This document shows positions 26,801-39,075 of a DNA stretch of 64,000 nt, piece by piece. Made by a program: the position numbers and the translations under genes. Numbering within the stretch: the stretch's first letter is position 1; every line of letters begins with the position of its first letter. The notes under the pieces were generated by a model. It was not told where the DNA came from. It did no database searches and was given only the letters and a program-made list of their open reading frames with translations. The DNA comes from Ramazzottius varieornatus (Eukaryota; Animalia; Tardigrada): contig BDGG01000002.1 in NCBI GenBank assembly GCA_001949185.1, forward strand, positions 2,663,826 to 2,727,825. The letters are read 5' to 3'.

Positions 26801-28660
26801 AAACACCCACCGGAACAGGACGTCACCAGCTTTCCTCCTGAGCCTGAGTCTGATGTCGCTGTTCCACCGGTTCTTCCGCACGAAATCAGCCAGGCAATTA
26901 TCAGCTTCCCTAACGGATCCGGAGGAGGACCTGATGGTCTGCGTCTGCAGCACCTGAAGGACCTGACGAATGGTCTCACCGACGTGGCCTCCAACGAGCT
27001 GTCAGAGGCACTCGCAGGACTGATGACCATCATGCTGAGCGGAAAGGTCCCTGCGGACATATGCCCTTTCCTTTACGGTGCGTCGCTCACGGCACTTAAA
27101 GAGAAGGACGATGGGATTCGTCCGATTGCCGTCGGCAGCACGCTACGCCGCATAGCTGGAAAGATCGTCAGCAAGCGGTTCATGCTCTCGATGGGTGAAC
27201 TCCTACGCCCAAAGCAAGTCGGCTACGGCACGAGAGGAGGAGCTGAAGTGGCAGTCCACGCGGCTCGTTTCTTCGTCAGCAGCAACACTAAAGACTGTCA
27301 AGTACTCCTAAAACTTGACTTCAAAAACGCATTTAACACGGTTTATCGTGACAGGCACCTATCAGAAGTGAGGGAAACATTGCCAGATTATTATGCCTTT
27401 GCTCATCAGTTGTATCGCCATCCTTCCAACCTCTTCTTCGGCGAGAAGTTGCTGTCCTCGGCCCGTGGTGTTCAGCAGGGGGATCCGCTGGGTCCTTCGT
27501 TCTTCTGCCTCGTTACGAGGAGACTGTCCAAGTCGCTCGTGTCTCCGTTCAACTGCTGGTACCTGGATGATGCAACCATTGGTGGAGATACGGCCAGCGT
27601 CTTGGAGGACTTCGAAACTGTGAAAGATCAGTGCGCATCACTGGGGTTGGAGTTGAACCTGTCAAAATGCGAGTGCTTTGTTTTTGGCGGAGTGAAACGG
27701 GACCAGCTAAAGACTAAAATCTGCGTTCGTTCCACTTGCCCCGAGATGGTTTTCTTGACAGACGCAAGTCTCACGCTGCTCGGCGCGCCGGTCCTCCCGC
27801 CAGCCATCACTCCTGTTTTGGAAGAGAAGACTGGACATGCACGCTTGATGACTTCACGACTCACTAAGCTGGCTGCTCACCAGGCTTTGTTTCTGCTGAA
27901 GAATTGTCTGAGTTTGCCTAAAATCTTGTATGTTCTAAGGTGTAGCGCAACCTGGACCTTCCCTGAGCTGCTACAAGAGTTTGACGGCGTACTCCGGCGC
28001 AGCTTTGCGCAGATCTCCAACATCAACATGTCAGACGACGTATGGAAGCAAGCGACCTTAGCAGTGGGTAAAGGTGGCCTCGGCATCCGTCGAGCAGAGC
28101 AGATTGCCCTCCCGGCCTATTTAGCCTCGATCTACTCTGCAAGACGTCTAGTGTCCGGAATGGTCGCCGATTTCGACGTGGATGACCTGTGCGCCGATGA
28201 GTTGGCAAGCTGGAGTGTTCAGTCGGGAACTGAGTCTCCGATAGCTGCCCTCAGAGGAGTACAGCGCGTCTGGAGTCAGCCTCTTGCTGACCGATGCTTC
28301 GTTGAAATACTAGAAACAAGCTCAGTGCTGGACAAGGCCAGGATGCTCGCTGTGTCCGCCAAACAGCCGCCATTCTTCCCTGAATGAGTCCATCAAGAGG
28401 GCCCTCGTGTCGTGTCAGGTATTTCTTCAGCCCTGTGGGCTACGAAGTTTACGGAATCTTTGGACCTGCCGCGACAGACCTGTATAAAATTGGCAAGAAG
28501 ATGAGAGAAAGAACGGGAGAAAAAAGATCTCCGGAATTTCTTCGCCAACGAGTCTCCATTGATATTCAGAGAGGCAATTCCGCTTGTGTTTTGGGCACTT
28601 TCCCTCATGCTCAGGGCTTATTTTTGCTTTATGCTGAAATTACCTGAAAAGAAAAAAATT
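23885..28660 (+). mobile_element. CRE-clade-like non-LTR retrotransposon (Zn finger + RT + partly deleted RLE), interrupted by a DNA transposon
   Basis: ATG 23885 gives MAAVFTCELCFSECKTEGGLKRHKSSSKC (Zn finger). After the insertion the frame continues through RIPRGAR into the RT (GPDG, RPIAVG, LDFKNAFN, GVQQGDPLGP, WYLDD). 3' remnants SRHSSLNESIKRAL and QRVSIDIQRGN are present, and there is an A-rich end at ~28647-28658. Confidence 0.88.
23989..26322 (-). mobile_element. Tc5/pogo-like (Tc1-mariner superfamily) DNA transposon with decayed transposase
   Basis: ~145-bp TIRs at 23989-24133 and 26178-26322 (about 3 mismatches) starting CGAGGGG. TA at 23986-87 and 26323-24. Transposase ~26019-24206 has WNADQSG, FLADSW and IQPLDV motifs and a C-terminal CGWC..LCFHHF, with stops and frameshifts. 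Confidence 0.93.
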
Positions 28661-29998
28661 TGGAGTTGAACTTCCGGTCGTAAACTTGTCAGCTAGATAG
28701 ATGGCGAATTCATACTACGGCAGAACATCTTTGACTCGTTCAGTGGTTGTCGAAAGCTTCCGTTCTGCACGGAACTGTCGGTGAAGAGTTTCACTCAACT
28801 GTCAACAGCCGTCTGACTTCCATACAAACTGTAAATTTGCCGTCTTTTCCGCCTGGCCCGTAATTTTTCCTGGCCTATAATATCTTGCCGCCGCGCGTGC
28901 ACAGAGAATAATTGTTGGAAATTGCAGCTGCATCGCCTGTGGTCGTCGCAAATTCGAAGACTACCTAGGTAGAAACAGCCGAATGTCCAACTCTCGAAAC
29001 GATTGAAAGTTCTTCCACATGATGCGAAAGTATTTTACAATCACGGACGACATATGTACACTACCCCGAGCAAATCTCCGACAGGCGTAAACGGAATTGC
29101 ACAGACTAAAGAGAGCAACAAAATGTCAACTGATTGTGCTTCCGAAGCTACATAAGTACAAACGCTCACGTTACAGCTTATGCGGAAGTAAAAAAAATAT
29201 GCCTGATTTCCTTCTTGTCAATTGCCGGGTAGCAAACATCTCTTTCAGGGACTCCTTAACATGAAAGACAGTGTCTGTGCTGCAGGCCTGTGGGACGTCG
29301 GTCCAGCCTTTTTGTATCCACAAAACGTTCTGCACGAGGATCCGATGCAGTTTAGCAGCTTCCTCGAAGGCAACCGTACAGTGAGAGCCGGAAATAGAAA
29401 ACCAAACATCTCTAGACGACCCCAAGAGTTCTTACGTGTTCTTAATGCAAGTTCTATGACTAGTTTCACGGCATTAACCACTGCGAGAGTGGCTTTGGAT
29501 ACAGTCATTGCCGGAGTAGCTTCCATTGAAGGCCGTGCCCCTGTGCAATGACTATGCATAGTCAAGTAACCGTGACGTTCCCAGAGGGACACTCGATCCC
29601 CCAACGTGTGCTCAAGAAAGAATTCAAACAACGCGAAACACGTTCCGTCGTCAAAAAAACCCCAAATATCTAATTAGAGTAGTCTCGAAGAGCTGCTTTT
29701 GGGCCAATGCCGCATTGGTGCTGTTGCTTGGACAATGGGAAACGTAAAATCGTCGAATAGCTCAAACGTCTTGCTGAAAGTGACAGCGACACAAGATGCG
29801 TAATGGTCGTGAGTAATGGTTGTAAGTTTTGATAGCAATGGAGCGAGCTGCTACGGGGAATCCCGTCATGTATTGCCCTCAAGGCTCAAAACTGACGATG
29901 AACAAACGAATAAGCCAAAGGTTAGCTCGTCTCTGTTCAAATTCAGCTTTCGCTGCAAGACTCTGTTTCTCACTGATCTGTAACTAATAGAGCATAAG

Positions 29999-30757
29999 AT
30001 GCCCGAGAAGATAGTTCTCCGATATTTTAACGTCCGTGGTCGGGCCGAAGTCGCCCGTTGGATTCTTGCGTATGCTGGTCAAGACTACCTGGACGATCGA
30101 GTCGAAGGTCCTCAGTCTACACAGTGGAAAGAGTTGAAGGACAAGACCCCGTTCGGACAGTTACCGGTGCTCGAAGTTGACGGGAAAATGCTAGCTCAAA
30201 GCCGTACTATTGGACGATATTTGGCCCACAAATATGGACTCGCCGGCACTGTAAGTCCTCCAAACCATATTCCAAAGTTAGGTCGTTTCTTCTAAAACGT
30301 TTCCTGTAGAGCAAGTGGGAGCACGCGCAAGTTGACTCGATCGTAGACTATATTGACGGTAAGCTGACAGTCATATCGCCCTTAACGAAAGGAAGATACC
30401 CGATGTCTCTAAGTGCGGCTTTCTTGTTCAGAAATCGACAATTGCCGTGTGAAGTACATTCAGGCTTGTATGAAGCGAAGTGACGATGTGGAGAACGTCA
30501 AAGCCACGTTTCTGCAAAAGGAAGTGGTCCCATATCTGCAGAAGCTGGAAAACCTTCTCGGTGGTGGCAAAAGCTATTTCTGTGGTGACGAACCGACCTG
30601 GGCAGATTTCGCTGTGGTTATATTTCTTGACGAGGTTGCTAGCATGAGTTCCGATGCTCTGGCGCCATACGAGAATCTTCGCGCTCTTTCCGAACGGACT
30701 CACAGTCTGAAAGGTATCAAAGAATACTTGTCCAAACGACCGGCAACCAAGTTCTGA
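29999..30757 (+). CDS. Glutathione S-transferase, sigma class
   Basis: Exons 29999-30250, 30310-30358, 30432-30757. Motifs LRYFNVRGRAE, TPFGQLPVLEVDG..LAQS and TWADF, C-terminal IKEYLSKRP. Confidence 0.95.
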
Positions 30758-31062
30758 TTCCCCGATCAAACAAGCACCATTGCATACCGTGGAAGGCGCT
30801 CTCTCTTTGCTAATTTGTGTCTGTTTTCGAACACATCCTGTACGTACGAAAGGAGCTTATGTTACTGTCACGTCAACAGCATCGAGCTTCACTGATGTTC
30901 TTCACTTTCGCACCTGGATGATAGAATGGCGTGTCAATATTCGTCAGGATGCATAATTATGACTTTACTCCCTTAAAGCTACTGATCTTCATGAAAATGG
31001 AAGCGAGTTTGCAACGTTCACATTTAAGCATTGTTTATCGTACGCCTGTGAGAGTCCATATA

Positions 31063-31802
31063 CAGCCCGCCCAAGCCAACTTGCTACCACTCATTTCTCC
31101 AAGGCCACCTCCGCTCGATTAGTTTTCCACGTCGAAATCAATTTTCCCCGGTTTAGCATTCTCTTTGATGTCTCTCGGAAAATTATTGGCAAGAAATCTG
31201 TTCACGGAAAGTCATGATCGACGTTGACCTCGGGGAGGAGCTGAGCGAAAGACGCACCAACTTTTGTCATTTTTGGGTTCGTTTTTGAAAAATTATTTCT
31301 CAGTCTTCCGTTGGCATCCTGCGGTACGGTTACCAAAACCAATTAATACAAACATTGAACTAAAGGAAGAGTGGCTGAAACCGCAAATTTACCGTTCTGG
31401 AAAACGGTCAGAATATTTTTCGAAAACGAGTTTTCCCAGCAAAACGGTCTTATTCTACTGTTTTAAATCGTTTGTCAAATTCGGTTGGACCTTTCCTGGT
31501 CTTTCTCGATTCTTCTCGGCTATCAGCATAGTGATATGTTTATTTACACCAATGTCACGATAAGAACTCAAGCATGGAAATTGGCAGACTGCGTTTCACC
31601 CCCTGGTGGTATGTCTTCCCCACCGGAAGTCATAGTAGTCAAGTTTGTCAATCAGCTTGTCACCATAACTGAACGAATCATAGCTCAGTCGAAGTAGCTT
31701 GAAAAGTTGTATGGAGAAACGGGAAGCACGAACGGGAATTTAGCATTCTGAATGTTTCCTCGTCGAAATGCCAGGCGGCAGCAAGTTGGCTTGGGCAAGG
31801 TG
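31063..31802. mobile_element. TA-flanked non-autonomous Tc1/mariner-type element (MITE)
   Basis: TA|CAGCCCGCCCAAGCCAACTTGCTACC ... GGCAGCAAGTTGGCTTGGGCAAGGTG|TA. The subterminal sequence is homologous to the 41400-42168 element. Confidence 0.75.
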
Positions 31803-34800
31803 TACTCTCCATAGTCCCCCAGCACCGATTGCAAGAACGGCGAAACAGAATCGGCTGTTTGGGAAACTTCTAGCACGACTGAGCGAACACCCGGAAACAC
31901 TCGAGCTATGATTGGTTCAGGTGCGTGCATTCATCCGCCCATCGGCTACAGGATGGTGCATGACGGTTTCCGTACTACACACTAAGGCGCGACAAGTAGA
32001 TGCTTTCCACGGTGCTCGATTGCCATTTATGAGCAGGAACGAGGGCGTCGATGTTCCTGTCATTTGCTCCAATCGGCTTTAGGACTATTTTTCCACACTT
32101 CTGGTATCGCCGTTCTGTACAGCTGGAGGACTATGGAGGGTATATGGACTCTGCGCCTGTTGATGCAGTCGTGAGCTTTCCACCATTTGTTAGAACCATT
32201 TTTCTCCTACGACTGGTTGCTTCGAGTCACAACTTTTGTTCATCCCCATAACTCTGTAAAGCTTTTGATGATAAGTTTTTCGATCTCGAAAACGAAAACG
32301 AAGTGAGTTGGTGCGGTGAGTTCGGAAATATGACCCGTCTGAACCCTGTCCCAAAGCCGGCTACAGCAGAATTATTGTCCCCTTCTTCCTATTGTTTTGC
32401 ACTTTTCATTCCATTCCAACTAACCGCAACGTGGAATGGATTGGCAAAAAGGAGTTCAGTTTATCGAAGGCTTTGTAGCTCGTGAGCCGCAGATGGAGCA
32501 GCTCATCACATTCACATCAGAGACATTTACTGCAATACTCAACTCTGAGATCCACATACAGTCTGTCGCAGCAAAGGTGCCGGTGTATTGCAAAACAATT
32601 CCTACTCAGTTGGACTGTTTCAACTAACGTCTTACATGTTCTTAATCGATGAGCTTCCACCTGGACACTCGCAGCATCTCTGAAGCCGGAACGATGTGAT
32701 ACTTGGCAATACCAGAGATCCGACCGACTCCAGAATTCATCTTGTATCCATGGTAAAAACCATCACGAATTACAGTGCAATATGATATTAACAGAGTCCA
32801 TATACTATATGGACTCTGGTATTAATATAACAAAAGTCGCCCAGACCATACTTTAACCACCGTGGGTCGATCCACACTGCGTTAACCGACCAAGCGAAAG
32901 CTACTTTGATATACAGCCGGGCCATGGAGCGGTGAACCATCAGCACGAACAACGGTACATTGACCGGTTATACTCCCCAGTCACAGACAAATATGAAACC
33001 GTTCACCGCTCCATAGCGGACAGTGACTCGGCATAGCCAAGTCGCAAAAGTTAAACTAAAGTGGGCACCACTGTTATCAGTGCGGAGGGGAAAAATCCAG
33101 GGTAGCAGACCAGGATCAGGGCAAGTGTCCAGGTACTCCAATATTACTGTTGCATGGTAGTCCGGTGGCGTCTAGTCGACGCCCGACGGGCAAATTTGTT
33201 TGATGGAACGCCACAAGACCCCCATGGCGGTATGGCCTATAGGGCTCCAGTGAATTCGTCGTAATACAAACTGCTGGCCTCTCCTCAAGTGGCTCTTGGG
33301 GTGTTTTATGCCTCGGACCACCCGTAAATGTGTCAAATCAAAACATACTGTAAAAATTCGCTGCGTTCGCGCAGCAAGTACTTGTACATGAAGATGCACC
33401 CCCGTAGGGGTTGAACAGGCAGTAAAGCCGGACCGGGGCTGTACTTCACGTGTGCTATGACATGATGCGCGAACGCTGGCATGCTTCTGGATATTTACAT
33501 GCTCGAAGAAAGAACGTCACCTGGAACATCGAACAGCAGAAAAGGAACAGTTTACGCACGTGTCGTAAAAGCGTATGTGCATGTGCCCCAGCGCTATTCT
33601 ACAGTTCGCTGCGCGACCATGCAAAACCTAAGAATTAAATTGAGATTTGTAATTAACGGCATCACACTCCTAGCCCGTCGTGATTGATACGTGGGACACA
33701 CTGATACTTCAACGCATTACTCATTGGAATCGAACTCGATTATGGGTAGGGTAGTAATGCCGTTACTGTACTTGGCTACCCCACATAGGCCCACTTCTTT
33801 CTGTTTACAGAGTTACAACTGCAATGAAACTCCAGCCAATCCAGAGGCTCACTGTAGAGGGAGCAAGCTTGATGCAGCGTTTCGAACAGTGGAAAAGGTG
33901 CACTGCAGCTGAGACGAGAAGTGAGCATGGCTAAAGCCAGGTAAGACACGATGGCTGTCTGGGGCAAAGGTGGATTGGCGTCGCAGCAGTGAAAATCTTC
34001 TCACGTTCGTCAACTGTCCAGAACAGCAACCATCATATCGCTGACGGGCTGCTCAAGACTCATGTCCATCCCGAGAAGTAGCACCCGGAAGTGAGTAATA
34101 ATATCCTAGATTTCGGGCATTCCAATTAAATACCTAACCTGCGACTCGCCATTTGGCTTGGAAAAGATGTCAAATGGACTCAACAATCCCAAAAGTTTTA
34201 CCGAACTAGGGCAGATGCAACAGATAATTGTGTCTCGTCTATCGACTGTACGGTGAAACCTATATCAGACAAAGCCTCTAACCGTTCGCAACGAAGTACA
34301 AAACTCGTTTGTCGCGGTTAACTCAACTGCTAGTCCATGTAGAGTAACTACTGTAACTTGACTCTTGGGCTTCCTGCGGTAAGACGGGGTTATCCGCACC
34401 GGTCTTCGGGCCCACACGGAGAACAAAGACAAAGACGAAGACAAAGACGATGCACAATTGCACAGCGTTTGTCTCCGATCGATTAACTGTTGGTTGACAA
34501 GTGAACTGCTCACTCCAGGGCCTGGTTTATGTCGTTCAATCGCGTACGAGGCGCGTACACGGCCGTACAGATCCCAGCAGCGGACGTTCCCCGGTAGCTT
34601 GATCATCAAAATTAAAGCTGATCCCTGCTTTCCAAACTGGCCAAGTTGACGCACAAAGGGACATGAGAATAATGGCCGTAAGATAACGAACTTTTCGATT
34701 CGGTGTGAGAAGATATCGAAACCGAAAATTGCTATGTGACCTCACATCGAGAAATCAATTTTGATGTGCCTCGCAACAGATCCATAACAAATCGAATATT

Positions 34801-35205
34801 TTTGGTAAATCTAGACGTACCCGAAGATCCAGACGGATGAGAGTTTGACCGCTTTTAAGGGTGACGCGAAACTTTTCGACCTTCCCACTATATGTTTGCC
34901 AGCCAGAAAAACTGTCCGGTGAAGGGGAAATCTCTCACCATTCGAAAAGACTTCAAGAAGGGTGCAAATGATCAGTTTTAAGGCAGCTGCAGCTGGAGTT
35001 CTCGTTGATGAGATGATTTTCCATTTTCCGGTTTACCGATTTTGCGGTGGGATTCGGTTTGGTAAATCCAGATTTTAGTGTGGCATTTTACCGAGTGGAA
35101 AATAATTGGTGTGAACCTCATACCGACATTTCCGCTTCGGTGTGAGGATTAACCAAATCGGAATAAACCAAATCGAACTTAATCACATCCCGTCTCTGAA
35201 TTATA

Positions 35206-35762
35206 CAGGGTGGGGACGTTAAGTGACTACCACCTATTAGGCCGTTCTCGACCGGATTTTTGCTTGACTCCGCAACTAGATTACTTTGGTTCAAAATCCT
35301 TTTTGACACCTCTTGAGAACTTACTGGCCAGAAATCTGTTCACCAGGAGCCGAAATCGGCATGAAACCAGGGATGGAAAAAGTCGAAATTTCTCTCAACT
35401 TTCTTGGTTTCCAGGGTCCGTTTCCGAAATTCATTATTCGATTTGCAACTGAAGTCTTGCTGTAATCTTACTCATAATAATTAAAACAGGGACTGGGCTA
35501 CACAAAACGTGGTCGAAAGAATCAATCTAACGTCCAGGACAAGAGAAACAAAATATGGGTGGAGACAAAATATCTTCCTCACCGGAAGTCATGCTAATCA
35601 ACTTTCCCAAAGTATATTTCAATCGATATGAATATACTATATGTCATTGGAAACAGGTTAAAGAGTTGTATGAGAGTTGTGAAGGACTGGACAAAAAAAC
35701 CGTAAACTGATTTTTTCATAGCGTTTTGTTGTAAGTGGTAGTCACTTGGCATCCCCACCCTG
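35206..35762. mobile_element. TA-flanked MITE with 28-bp TIRs
   Basis: TA|CAGGGTGGGGACGTTAAGTGACTACCAC ... GTGGTAGTCACTTGGCATCCCCACCCTG|TA (3 mismatches). Confidence 0.82.
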
Positions 35763-36889
35763 TAGTTTACCAATCTGTTATCTGCGTAGGCTCGCGTCCC
35801 ATATGCTAAGCGGAAATCGTTTGAATGGGGACTACTTTTGATCCTTTAGAACGGTCTTTTCCTGATCTCCGGTAAAATAAATCTAAACATGTGCGAATCC
35901 GATGCGCTATCTAGCTGGATGATTTAACACGTTATCTGTGCGCGTTCGAATTTTCGGGAGGCCGGCTAACGAAACGGAAAGGTCGTTCTCGAGAGTGGCG
36001 CACGTGTGCATTATCAGTTCTGTCCAGTCCAGCCTTATCCAATGCCTATGTCCAGCTTTTACAACACGCCGACCGGAAGTCAGGTGCCGGACCAGGAGCT
36101 GGGCGAGCAAACCTGACAAGATAGTATTCCTAAGTAGCGCACGTCTACGATTTTATTGGATGGAAGTGCGCGCCAATTAGAGGAATGATCGTATCAACTT
36201 GTTCGCCGAGGTCCCAGATGACATCTCAAGTTGTACTATGTATCATACAGTATTGATATGCCCTTACGACATATCACCCAAGGATGTCCTGCTGAATCGA
36301 CTGAGTCGCCTGTCCCGCTGAGTCGACCAAGAACAACCGTTTTGGAATCTTAATATGACAATAAAAATTGAGAATCCAAGGCTGGTCAATTTCAATATTA
36401 ATTAGAATATTAATTGAAATGTTAATTAGATTTCGGAAAGCAGAAATTATAATTGGCAATTGGAATACAGAATGTGGAAATCTGAATCAGTGAATCTGTG
36501 TCAACAACGCGGTAAGGCGCGCATGGGTGTGTCAAGAAGCGGATTTTCTACATGATTCGAGCGCCTGACTGAGCGGATAATGTGTACGTATGTGCATCTC
36601 GCGCGAGGGCGCAACGCAAGGTGCGTATTGAACACACAGTAGTATTGATATGAATACTCAGGTCTCAAAACTGAAGTAATTTAATTGCCGTCGAGAGCGG
36701 AATTCCGATTAATTCTAATTGCTAGCTTTGCTGAGTTGAATTTCAGACAATTAAAACTGCTGTCGGCCGAGGTATTCCGATTAATTGTAATTACAATTAG
36801 AATTGGAAAAGTCATATTGAAACAACACTGGTACAGGTATAGCAACGAAGAAGAACCGGTCTACCCATTTCATTCCAGGGAATGGACGA

Positions 36890-39075
36890 TTACCGAAGAG
36901 CAGCCGGTTTTTGGAAGGCAGACGCAAACTTTTTCAGAAGCGGCAAAGCGGATATGATCAGTCCGCCAATTGTCATAATACCTCCCATCGCAACAAACAG
37001 TTCTTTGTCTTCCACCATAGCTCGACACGATGAGCCCTCCTAACGGAGCTCCTGCGAGGAAACCAAGTCCCCGAAAGAAGACCATATTGCCGTATGTCGA
37101 AGCGATATACCATGTGCGGATCGGTATAATTTTCTTCAAAAGAATCAACGAGGACCAGAGAAGTCAGACACACCATGCATCCTATAAAATCCGAGCTGTG
37201 AGTAAAAGGTGGTAAATATTCCAAAACCAGACATGAAAGTACACACCGTAACCCAACCCAGCTACCGCTGCGTAGATGGCCGCTCCCACAAAACTATCAT
37301 CGACTGTGACTAACGCCGTCGCTATTCCGACAAAGACCATTTGACAGAGCGAAGATCCAGAAACGGAGAGCTCCAACCTTATTTGCGACGGCCCCGAAAA
37401 ACAGTCTTCCGGCAGTGCTCAACGCGCCCATGATGGAGACCAAAATGGACGATGTCATACGATCGACTTTGACATCCACCAGAGCACGGTTTACTTGATA
37501 CACCAATGGGGCGTTCAGAGACAAGAAGATTAGGAACTGGCTAACGACGAATACCCAGAAAACCCAATGTTTGAAAATGTGGAACGTGGGCGGCTTTTTC
37601 GAGATCGGACTTTCGGGACCTGAAGACCCTTCTTTGTCACCGATGGGATTGCCATCTTGTGGTGCTTGAGAACGTTTTTCGTCATTGCTTTCTTGACCAA
37701 ACGGTAAATCTGTTGAGAGCAATGAATTTTCTTCAGTCAAGGTTCACCGACAGCACACCTTCAGAGTACTACTACCTTGCACGATTTTCTGGTCTTGTCC
37801 GTCTTAAACACCGGAATTTTGATTTGGTTGACGATCTTCGGAAAATGTGACATCTCTGAGGCTGATGATTTCGACAGATAATGGCTTCAGACTTCCGTTG
37901 TTTTCTTTCTCATCTTCATGCATCCGTAACATCGTCAGTTTTGGGACGGCCGGAGCTTCGTCGGCCATGTGTACTGGCTTTACCGTTCTCAAGGGAGCCT
38001 TTTGATCGATCACTGACGTTACAGGTCGGAGGAATAGTGCAAACACACATCCTTGAAAGGCGATGGTAGATTCAATCAACATGGCCCCACGCCACCCATT
38101 CCGCTCAATCAGGTATGCCAATAATGGACCCATCACAGCGGCACCTATTCCCGAACCCGAAGCAATTATTCCAACGGCTATGGCGCGACGACCCTCGAAC
38201 CACTGTACAATGCTGGTCACAGCGCAAAGCACCGCACATTCGCACCCAATACCTGTAAAAGATTTGGGACACAGGCTACGGACCAATAGTAATTGCGGTA
38301 TTTTGCGTTATGGATATACGATGGAAGATTAATAACCTGTCACCAGGCCTTGGAAAAGCACGACGAGAGCGAAATATGACATGAAGGACGCAATCAGTAA
38401 TCCCATAAACGCCAGCAGACACCCGAAGAAGGCTGTAGTCCGAGTTCCAAAACGTTCTACAAGGAACGATGCCAGTGGACCACAACCGAAAAAAGCTCCT
38501 GCAAAATTACCAGTGTGGAAGCTGGTTGGAAGCTCATGTCGCGTTGTAAAGTACAGCGCACCTGCTGAAGTTCGAAGTACAAAGCTTGTGGGTCGATAGC
38601 TTTCTTACCGAAAAACACGGCTGAGATCCAGGAACAAGTAGTGGCAGACAGGCTGAAGTCCGCCAGAAAGACAGGAAAATATACCGAGAGCGAGTACATA
38701 ACTCCGCAGTTGGTCACGTGGAGGAAGAACGCACACACGACGATGGACCTACATTCAGAACAAACACAGTCATATGTCAGGCGTTCCTCCCACAATAGCG
38801 GATTAATGGCACCGAAGCTGGCCATGGTGAGGTCCTCACCAGCCAAATCCACCATCAGGAGCTGATGGGACACCGACAGTTTCTTCTAGCAACAAGTGCT
38901 GTTCGATCTGCTTGCGGTCCCGCCCCGTTGGTCGTCCTCGAATCCAGTGGCTTTCATCAGCGTGATCTGAGTTTTTCCTGCGGTAGCGGTCGGCATGGTG
39001 AGCCAGAGCATGTTTGTGGACCGCATTGGCACCTCCAGAATATTGTGAGACCTGGTTTCTAACTTTCGCAGTCAT
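36890..39075 (-). pseudogene. Monocarboxylate transporter (SLC16/MCT, MFS) gene with multiple frameshifts
   Basis: MCT motifs APDGGFGW, GPLASFLVERFGTR, QWFEGRRAIAVGIIASGSGIG, GWRGAM and GRLFFG. The frame is broken by a stop at 37804 and apparent frameshifts near 37345, 37106-37128 and 37012. Confidence 0.75.

Noticed and set aside
26398-27060. 220-aa minus-strand ORF
   Set aside because: It is antisense to the retrotransposon RT frame.
29171-29631. Overlapping ORFs upstream of GST
   Set aside because: No recognisable domain and no consistent exon chain could be built.
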